Origin: a virus
Taxonomy: Duplodnaviria > Caudoviricetes
Length of the DNA: 32,166 nucleotides
Reading direction: 5' to 3' (one strand)
Virus record (IMG/VR): IMGVR_UViG_3300048895_000064
Location: 1-32,166 of that record
This document shows positions 25,675 through 32,166 of the stretch, in pieces (the stretch's first letter is position 1; every line of letters begins with the position of its first letter). Below the pieces are notes generated by a model. It saw nothing but the letters and a program-made list of their open reading frames with translations. It made no database searches and was not told where the DNA came from. Position numbers and translations under genes: made by a program.

Positions 25675-26133
25675 TCACCGAACGATGATGGTTTCGCAGT
25701 TCCGTACCACGTCGATCGCGTCCACGATGCAGCGGTCCCGGCCAGCACCGCCGTTGACCACGTCACGCTCGCCGTCCACGGCTCGGAGCACGTCGTGGCC
25801 GCGCATCCCGTAGAGCCGGTCGCGCCCCGCACCACCGATCACCACGTCGCGCAGACCACCGAAGGCGAAGATCGCGTCACGACCAGCGGTGCCCGGCAGC
25901 CGGTCACTGTGCCGCGAGCCGACGATGACGTTGAACCCGCTCGGCACCGGGACGGGCGGCGGCGGAGTCGGGCAGTCGTTGCCGTGGCCCCGATCGTTGT
26001 CCGGACAACAGAACGGGGGCTGTCCGTGACCGTGGTGGTCACAGGGGTCAGCGTTGGCGGATGGAGCCGCGAACAGCCCGAGGGCAAGCGCGGCGGTGAG
26101 CCCTGTGATGAGGGCGATGAAACGTGCGAACAT
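25675..26133 (-). CDS. Secreted protein with RTX/hemolysin-type Ca-binding repeats (moron-like)
   Basis: Signal peptide ending ..PSANA, Cys/His/Pro-rich linker, GTAGRD/GGAGRDRL/GMRGHDVL/GGAGRDRC nonapeptide-like repeats. Confidence 0.75.
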   Translation of the reverse strand: MFARFIALITGLTAALALGLFAAPSANADPCDHHGHGQPPFCCPDNDRGHGNDCPTPPPPVPVPSGFNVIVGSRHSDRLPGTAGRDAIFAFGGLRDVVIGGAGRDRLYGMRGHDVLRAVDGERDVVNGGAGRDRCIVDAIDVVRNCETIIVR

Positions 26134-26153
26134 GGTGAATCACTTTCTCTTCT

Positions 26154-26693
26154 CTAGGCGGAGCCGGGGTCCGGCAACGCGGGAACCTGCACCTGCACAG
26201 TCACGTCGGCGAACATGACTGAGCAGTTCCCCGGGTCACTGAGATCGGCCGAAACGTCGTCTATCCGGATGTCCAGCCCGCAGCAGGCCAAACTCTGCCA
26301 GAGCAACTCCACGTCACGGAGTTGGTCCTCTGTGTGATCGGTCAACTCCTCGGGCGGTGGTATCTCGCCCTTCTCGTTGATAGTGGGGCGACACCGAGCC
26401 AGCACCAGTCGGAACTGAGCGGCTGTCACCCCGCCCTTGCACGGACGGATGCGACGCACCTCGTCGAGCGTGTTGGCCTCCGCGTCCATGAGGCGACGGA
26501 AGTGAATGCTGAGTTCACCGTTGGCCTCATCACCCAGATCCGGGTCGGCGCACTCGCAACACATGAAGATCACGGGGATGCCGTGGGTCTGGTAGACCTT
26601 GCAGACCGGGCGCAGATCATCCGCCAGCGCGTCCGCTACGCACTGGAGGATTGTGTCAGCCGTGGCGTACAGCCGCTCAGCCATGCCAGCCAC
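26154..26693 (-). CDS. Probable tail terminator / virion structural protein (Cys-rich)
   Basis: Position after the head-tail adaptor, size and Cys-rich pattern; start may be 26684. Confidence 0.55.
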   Translation of the reverse strand: MAGMAERLYATADTILQCVADALADDLRPVCKVYQTHGIPVIFMCCECADPDLGDEANGELSIHFRRLMDAEANTLDEVRRIRPCKGGVTAAQFRLVLARCRPTINEKGEIPPPEELTDHTEDQLRDVELLWQSLACCGLDIRIDDVSADLSDPGNCSVMFADVTVQVQVPALPDPGSA

Positions 26694-26761
26694 CGCCCCA
26701 GGATGCCCTCAGAAGCCCCTCAGAGCCGTTCTGAGCGTCGCGCAGCGTGCTAGCGGTACAA

Positions 26762-27484
26762 CTACGCACAGCAGGCCCCCGGAGCGCTCAGAGCGCCCCT
26801 ACGGGCCGCAGAGAGGTCCGGAGAGAACACCGCACCGGGCAAACGAGCGCCGTGGGGGTTGACGGCGTTGATCCACGCCCCAAGTTCCGGGATGAACGTG
26901 TTGACTTCGTCATCCCGAAGCCGAACAGTGATGCCCTGCGCGGTGACCGTGGTGACGTTGGAAGGAAGACGGCACTTCGCGCCCGTGCAGGACAGGTAGA
27001 GTTCCTTGACCAGCCGAGCGGCCACGTCCAGCGCCCACGCGTCCGGCGGGGTGCCGACCTCGGCGTCCACGACAAACGCCTCACCCTCGCCCGCGTTGGA
27101 CCACTTCTCGTCCTTGCGAGGCCAGACATCTGGGGGCACTCGGTACAGCATCCGCGAGTCCCTGTCGAATCGCCAGGAGGTTTCCGGGTAGTCGTCCGCG
27201 CCCAGCCGTACACGGGTGACGTCCCAGACGGAGATGCTGAACGGCCCCTTGAGGTAGATCGCATCGGCACCACCGCAGCACCACGTCCGGCACTCGGGGC
27301 AGAGGTTCAGCGGGCGGATCTCGGCCTCGCACAATCCCACCGTGTACCCCGACAGCCTCGTCATGATCGACGAGGCTGTCGCGACGGAAGAGAGGAAGAG
27401 TGGGGTGTCGGGGTCCAGGTCAGCCAGCCCGCAACTATCTGCGTCCACTTCCCACGGACACGAGGCCTCACTCAAGAGAGTCAT
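26762..27484 (-). CDS. Head-to-tail adaptor
   Basis: ASSIMTRLSG..VGLC...RP and CRLPSNVTTVTAQGITV...WINAVNP pattern of cluster-B-like actinophage adaptors. Confidence 0.7.
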   Translation of the reverse strand: MTLLSEASCPWEVDADSCGLADLDPDTPLFLSSVATASSIMTRLSGYTVGLCEAEIRPLNLCPECRTWCCGGADAIYLKGPFSISVWDVTRVRLGADDYPETSWRFDRDSRMLYRVPPDVWPRKDEKWSNAGEGEAFVVDAEVGTPPDAWALDVAARLVKELYLSCTGAKCRLPSNVTTVTAQGITVRLRDDEVNTFIPELGAWINAVNPHGARLPGAVFSPDLSAARRGALSAPGACCA

Positions 27485-27497
27485 CGTGCCCTACCGC

Positions 27498-28178
27498 TCA
27501 GGCCGAGCCGGGGTCGGTCGTGGTGACGGAGCCGCAACCGTCGGGAGCCACGCCGCCGACGAACCGGAAGCGGTGGGTGGCGTCCGCCAGTTCGTCGGAC
27601 AGCCACTCGGTGTCACCGGTCGTGGTGTCCAGCGCCAGCGGGATCGGGCCGAAGCCGATGTTGTGGCTGTCGGAGGTCTGGCCGGTGATGCGGACGTAGT
27701 TGTCCTCGCTGCCCGGCGTGCCCTCCTCGGTGACCGTCGCGCCCTTGACCGGGTAGATCCGGACGAAGTCGCCGGTGACGCCACCGCCGCACTCGCCGAG
27801 GATCTCCTGCCACACGATCACGACCACGTTGAAGCGGTCGGCCTTGCCGTCCGCCCAGCCGATCGTCTCGCTGTCGTGCTCGATCGCGGTGGCACCGCCA
27901 GCGGCGGCGATCCACTCGGGGTCGAGCCAGTGGAGGTCGACGTTCACCTCGATGGACTGGAGGCTCTTCACGCCCGGGATGTACCGCTTGATCGACCCGT
28001 CGGCACAACGGCGAGTGAACTCCTGGCCGTCGTCGACGTTGTCGCTGGTCTCGAAGGCTGCGGGGCAGTCGTCGAGGTAGCCCATGTCAGCCCCGTAGAG
28101 CGGGGTGAGGCATTCGTCGGCCAGGAAGAGCCCGACCTTCTTGATACGCCCCAGATCGGGCGTCGTGCAGATTCCCAT
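27498..28178 (-). CDS. Major tail (tube) protein
   Basis: Acidic and beta-rich, about 226 aa; follows the capsid genes; likely start MGICTT at 28178. Confidence 0.65.
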   Translation of the reverse strand: MGICTTPDLGRIKKVGLFLADECLTPLYGADMGYLDDCPAAFETSDNVDDGQEFTRRCADGSIKRYIPGVKSLQSIEVNVDLHWLDPEWIAAAGGATAIEHDSETIGWADGKADRFNVVVIVWQEILGECGGGVTGDFVRIYPVKGATVTEEGTPGSEDNYVRITGQTSDSHNIGFGPIPLALDTTTGDTEWLSDELADATHRFRFVGGVAPDGCGSVTTTDPGSA

Positions 28179-28197
28179 TGCGTTCTCTCTTCCGATT

Positions 28198-28233
28198 TCA
28201 GGGGCTGGCCGGGACAGTGACATCGATGTAGAA
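28198..28233 (-). repeat. Orphan duplicate of the 3' end of the 28692..29450 gene (FYIDVTVPASP*)
   Basis: 31/36 nt identical to 28692-28727; all 5 differences are synonymous third positions. Confidence 0.9.
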
Positions 28234-28260
28234 GGCGCTCCCTATGGTAGCGTTAGCGCC

Positions 28261-28689
28261 ATGCAGGCACACAGGCTGGACGACCTCCGACACCTTGCGG
28301 AAGAAGCCACGGATGAGTGCGTGGTCCCGACGTGGGGATTCGGCACCTTGCGATTCGAGGGCAAGACCCTCGATGCTGCCCGTGTCATGTGGGTGATTCA
28401 TCGCGGCGACCCTGGGGATCTCCTCGTACTCCACAACTGCGGTCGCGGAGGAACTGGATGTGTGAACCTTCGGCATCTCTACCTCGGGAACCACCGACAA
28501 AACCTGCTCGACCGCTACCGCGACCGGGGTTCCGACAGAACGGGTCTCACTGCGAACGATGTCCGTGAGATCCGCAGCCGTTCCTACGAGAAGCGCGGGT
28601 CGAAGATCGCCACGGCCCGTGAGTACGGGATCAATCGCAGCACGCTCGACCGCATTCTCGGCGGCATCTCGTGGGGCTGGGTGGACTGA
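28261..28689 (+). CDS. HNH homing endonuclease with C-terminal helix-turn-helix
   Basis: VLHNCG...CVNLRHLYLGNHRQNLLD HNH motif; LTANDVREIR...AREYGINRSTLDRI HTH; antisense to the structural operon; TATGGT -10-like box upstream. Confidence 0.85.
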   Translation: MQAHRLDDLRHLAEEATDECVVPTWGFGTLRFEGKTLDAARVMWVIHRGDPGDLLVLHNCGRGGTGCVNLRHLYLGNHRQNLLDRYRDRGSDRTGLTANDVREIRSRSYEKRGSKIATAREYGINRSTLDRILGGISWGWVD

Positions 28690-28691
28690 CA

Positions 28692-29450
28692 TCACGGGCT
28701 CGCCGGTACTGTGACGTCGATGTAGAAGTTGATGCAAGGATCAAAAGCCACGATGGCGCTGCGATTGGCGAAGGCCTCGTCGTTGTTGTTGCGACGGTCG
28801 AGGTCGTTGAGGACGAAAGGCTCGTCCACTCCCACCCACACCGAACCAGTGACCCAGAGCCGGACAGTGGTCGCCGACTGGACCGGGTAGCCGACGCTGA
28901 TGACCCACGGAGCGCCGGTCGGTGAAATCTTCCCGAGCAAGGAGCGGGACTCCGTGAGGAACGCCGCTGCCTTGACCGGACCGTGAAGCCACCACTGAGT
29001 GCCGAAGCCAGCGTCGGCCGCAGCCTGCTCGAGTTCACCTACGGCCTGAGCGAAGTTCCCGTCGGCCACGGTGCCGAGGCTGGTCCCGTCCGCGAGGGAC
29101 GGGGTGCCAAGGCCGAGGCCGTCGGTCGCCAGTTGACGGCCGACGGCCCACTCGGTCGTCGAGTCGAGCCGCCCCTGCGCGTGGGCCTTCTGGTCCAGCC
29201 GGGACAGGCTGCTGCACGCCGCGCTCTGCGAGATCCCGAAAGGCTGGAACTGCGAGACGACGGGCTTGTTCAGGTCGACGGTGTCGTCGGCCGTGACACA
29301 CCGATCTGAGAGGACCGGCTCACCGCACCCGTAGAACGGGATGGAGAGGCCCTGCATCCAGCCCTGCGGAGCAGGAAGCGCGGCAGTCAGGATGCCACCA
29401 GAGCGGACGGCCTGCTCGACCTCCACGCCCTCCATGAGACCTTGAGACAT
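28692..29450 (-). CDS. Major capsid pentamer-type protein (second capsid protein)
   Basis: 252 aa directly after the large capsid gene; PFGISQSAACS, EWAVGRQL and AVGELEQ resemble pentamer proteins of Rosebush-like (cluster B) phages. Confidence 0.6.
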   Translation of the reverse strand: MSQGLMEGVEVEQAVRSGGILTAALPAPQGWMQGLSIPFYGCGEPVLSDRCVTADDTVDLNKPVVSQFQPFGISQSAACSSLSRLDQKAHAQGRLDSTTEWAVGRQLATDGLGLGTPSLADGTSLGTVADGNFAQAVGELEQAAADAGFGTQWWLHGPVKAAAFLTESRSLLGKISPTGAPWVISVGYPVQSATTVRLWVTGSVWVGVDEPFVLNDLDRRNNNDEAFANRSAIVAFDPCINFYIDVTVPASP

Positions 29451-29482
29451 CAGGGCCTCTCCTTCCTAGTAGAGCCGGCGAT

Positions 29483-31099
29483 TCAGGCGGGGCAGGGGAC
29501 GGAGTCGCAGATCTCGACCGGGATGTCCAGGCCGAGGGCGTTGCACCCACGGGCCAGGATGCCCTCGTAGGACTCGGCGAACGCCGCGACCTTGTTCTGG
29601 CGGTTGAGGTTGTGGTCCCGGATCTCGGTGCCGAGGTCCAGCGTGCCGCCGTCGAGGTAGGTGAAGAACCCGTTCGGGGCCAGCACCGAGCCGAGGGTGG
29701 CCGGGAACTGCGGGTCGTCGCCGCCGCTGCCGAAGGTCACCGTGTCCAGGTCCTGCGAGTAGACCGCGTTGACGCCCTCGTTGCTGAGCGCCGTGTTGAG
29801 CATGCTCGACGCGAAGTTGGGGTCGTCGACCGCCGAGGAGAAGATCCGGCGGTTGAGCATCTCCAGCCGGATCGCCGTGAGCAGCGTCTCGCTGACGAAG
29901 AAGTCCATCTGGACGTCCCCGAGGCGCTGGTCCTGGCGGAGCGCGGCGGCGGCGGTGCCGACACCGTTCACCGTGTTGGCGAAGGTGGAGCCCAGAGCGT
30001 TCACGGTGTAGGTCGAGAGGACCTGATCGCGCATCTGCTCGAACAGGAGGACCTCACCCCGACGGGCGTTCTGGATCGCCAGCGCGGACAGGTAGCCCTG
30101 CCACTGCTCGGGGGCGAACCGAGCCTGGTAGTTGCCGACGGTGACGCAGGAGTAGACCGCGTAGACGTCGACCTCGTCGGCGTCGTCGCAGTCGACCTCG
30201 GCGCACACCTTCCAGGTGTCCGGGTCGCTCTCGTCGACGGCCTCGTCGTCGTCACAGGTCCAGACCCCGAAGCCGTCCACCGGGAGGCAGATGGCCGGGA
30301 AGAACGAGAACTTGCCCCGCGTCGCACCCAGCGTCGGCAGCGCACCCTTGATCGGGCGATCGGTGCTGCCCTGGACCGGGTTGCTGTAGATCGGCTGCGG
30401 CAGGGAGCAGCAGCCACCCGCCGCGACCACGGCGTCCGGGCTGACGAACGAGTCGACCAGCCGGGTGTCGGCGTTGATCTTGCCGCTCAGCGTGCGTTCG
30501 TCGGCGTACGAGGTCTCGATGCGGGCGACCCGCTCCTTGCCCGCCTTCAGGCTGCGGCTCGAGGAGTCGTGGAACGCCTCGGCCAGCGCACGGATGTCGG
30601 CGCCCTGGACGACGTCGCCGCCGATGAGCACGCGGGTCTCGGTGGCCGCGAGGTCGGGCTCCCGGACCTGGGTGGTCGTGGTGCCAGGGGTGCCGCTCAA
30701 GCCGAGGCGGGCGACCGCCTCCTGCACGGAGAGCATCTTGCCCTTCTTCGTGGACTTCTCGGTCTCGTCGCCGGCGTCCTCGCCGTCGCCGTCCTCGCCG
30801 TCCTCACCGTCGTCCTCACCGTCACCGGGCTCGTCGTCCGGGTTGGGGATGTCGGCCAGCGCGGCGTCCACGTCGGCGATCGCTGCCTCCTGCTGCTCGG
30901 CCACGGCCTTCACGGCAGCGTCGGCGGCGAAGTAGGACTCGCGGAGGGTGGTCAGTGCGTCGAGGTCCGGAGTGCCGGAACCGCGGAGAGCGTGGAGCTG
31001 ACGGGCGATGACGTCGCGTGCCTGAGTGAGCTCGGACAGCGAGAGAGTCTCTCCCGCGCCAACCCGACCCAGGATGCTGAGAGCCTGCTGGAGATCCAT
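29483..31099 (-). CDS. Major capsid (hexamer-type) protein with N-terminal scaffold-like region
   Basis: N-terminal coiled coil and acidic linker, then AAGGCC..P..IY, RGKFSF, GTLDLG.EIRD..LNRQN...FAESYEG. Confidence 0.8.
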   Translation of the reverse strand: MDLQQALSILGRVGAGETLSLSELTQARDVIARQLHALRGSGTPDLDALTTLRESYFAADAAVKAVAEQQEAAIADVDAALADIPNPDDEPGDGEDDGEDGEDGDGEDAGDETEKSTKKGKMLSVQEAVARLGLSGTPGTTTTQVREPDLAATETRVLIGGDVVQGADIRALAEAFHDSSSRSLKAGKERVARIETSYADERTLSGKINADTRLVDSFVSPDAVVAAGGCCSLPQPIYSNPVQGSTDRPIKGALPTLGATRGKFSFFPAICLPVDGFGVWTCDDDEAVDESDPDTWKVCAEVDCDDADEVDVYAVYSCVTVGNYQARFAPEQWQGYLSALAIQNARRGEVLLFEQMRDQVLSTYTVNALGSTFANTVNGVGTAAAALRQDQRLGDVQMDFFVSETLLTAIRLEMLNRRIFSSAVDDPNFASSMLNTALSNEGVNAVYSQDLDTVTFGSGGDDPQFPATLGSVLAPNGFFTYLDGGTLDLGTEIRDHNLNRQNKVAAFAESYEGILARGCNALGLDIPVEICDSVPCPA

Positions 31100-31207
31100 G
31101 GTGGACTTCTTTCGCGTCTGGTGTGAATCCGGGACGCGGTGCCCACCGCCAGGTGGCTCTACACAGAGCCGATTAGACCGAAGGGTAGCGGGTGATTGCG
31201 CGTTGCG
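31100..31207 (-). promoter_or_regulatory. Putative promoter and structured leader of the capsid gene
   Basis: - strand TACCCT -10-like box followed by hairpins GGCTCT/AGAGCC, GCGGT/ACCGC and CGCGTC/GACGCG. Confidence 0.45.
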
Positions 31208-32164
31208 CTACTCCCCAGGAGAATCTTCTGGAAGCGGGACATCCGTGAGAGCCTCCTCGGCCAGCACGGCGAGGGCCTTCTCGATCCGCTTCAGGCTCGC
31301 CATGACCTCGTCCAGAGAGGCCGGAGTATCGGCGGGCTGCTCGTCAGCAGGCATGTCGTCGAAGTGCTCGCCCTCTCCGCACTCGGCGCAGAAACCACCC
31401 TCAGGATTGACCACGTGGACGTGACTCTGTCCGGTCAGGACCTGGGCGTCGCCGCCTGCGCTGGCAGCCACCGGCCACGCCGGAGTCGGGACAAGGTGGA
31501 CGCCGACCAGCGTGCGGCCTCGGCCAGCGGGCCAGAGCTCCACGCTGGGTGCGAGCGTCAGTGCCCGCATCAGAGTGTCGCGGTCCACCCCCGGCATCAC
31601 TACCCCGCTGATGGCGAGACCGAAGTTGGTCTCCCATGCGCGGATCATCGCGAACACGGTGTTCGCGTCATCGCGGTGCCGGTTCGCCTCGCGGAAGTCC
31701 ACGCCCTGCCGGGCGAGGCTGGCGTCCAGGTGCTTCCCTCCGATCGTCAGGGCACCGACACGCACCTTGCTCCCGTCAGACAGGGTGATCTCCTGGCCGG
31801 TGTGGAAGCCACGGTGCTTCGGGTCCACATCGCCGGGGTACTGGAAGCACGCGCCCATGTCGCTTCGGTGGCACACGCCCTTCGGCGCGGCGATGCCCCA
31901 CACGTGACGCAGGCCGTTCTCGTCCTCACCCCCGATGGTAAGGGGCACCGCCTTCGTCGGACGGAAGTCGGCGAAGTACTCGGCAGGGAGGGTAGACGTG
32001 CCCGCAGCGGCGGTGACCGCCTCGATGTCTTCCCCGGTGACGGCCTCAGGACGGACCGCAGTGGTCATCCCGTCGACCCGCTCGAGGGCGCTGACGGAAC
32101 CGACCACCACGCCGTCGTGGTCGTTGTTGTCCGGGTCCCAGATGATCGGGATGGGGAGCAGTTC
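31208..32164 (-). CDS. Probable capsid maturation protease-containing protein (5' truncated by window)
   Basis: Frame stays open to the window edge (ELLPIPIIWDPDNNDHDGVVVG); lies immediately upstream of the capsid gene. Confidence 0.55.
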   Translation of the reverse strand, partial: ELLPIPIIWDPDNNDHDGVVVGSVSALERVDGMTTAVRPEAVTGEDIEAVTAAAGTSTLPAEYFADFRPTKAVPLTIGGEDENGLRHVWGIAAPKGVCHRSDMGACFQYPGDVDPKHRGFHTGQEITLSDGSKVRVGALTIGGKHLDASLARQGVDFREANRHRDDANTVFAMIRAWETNFGLAISGVVMPGVDRDTLMRALTLAPSVELWPAGRGRTLVGVHLVPTPAWPVAASAGGDAQVLTGQSHVHVVNPEGGFCAECGEGEHFDDMPADEQPADTPASLDEVMASLKRIEKALAVLAEEALTDVPLPEDSPGE

Positions 32165-32166
32165 GT

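Noticed and set aside
28234-28691. Possible group I intron or intein around the HNH gene
   Set aside because: The upstream gene already has a complete end and stop, the HNH is antisense, and I could not identify intron core elements.
28198-28737. 179-aa - strand ORF ending in FYIDVTVPASP
   Set aside because: Antisense to the HNH gene; only its last 11 codons are meaningful, as the duplicated gene end. No sign of a real start.
30770-30840. Short tandem GED/DGE repeats in the capsid gene
   Set aside because: Low-complexity acidic linker of the scaffold-like region, not a separate element.

Overview
About 32 kb of a GC-rich tailed actinobacteriophage (siphovirus-like) genome with two converging arms. 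The + arm (1-10284) encodes replication genes (Cas4-like exonuclease fragment, ssDNA-binding protein, family A DNA polymerase). These are followed by a candidate DNA base-hypermodification cluster: an aGPT-Pplase1/amino acid:DNA transferase-like protein, a thymidylate synthase-like probable dUMP hydroxymethylase fused to an Nmad1/DUF1599-like domain, and a TAGT/GREB1-like DNA glycosyltransferase. A separate three-gene glycosylation cassette (Stealth-like, GT-A, GT-B) ends the arm. The - arm (10457-32166) is the virion and lysis operon: protease, hexamer- and pentamer-type capsid proteins, major tail, adaptor, frameshifted tail chaperones, tape measure, minor tails, a 1654-aa repeat-rich fiber, a collagen-like protein, M23 endolysin, holin and an EEP-fold phosphodiesterase. 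An antisense HNH endonuclease is flanked by a synonymously recoded duplicate of a capsid-gene 3' end. Notable non-coding structure includes stem-loop leaders with anti-Shine-Dalgarno segments, a long convergent hairpin region and a dispersed CTCAGANGCCCCTCWGA motif. All product calls come from motif recognition by eye; no searches were run.
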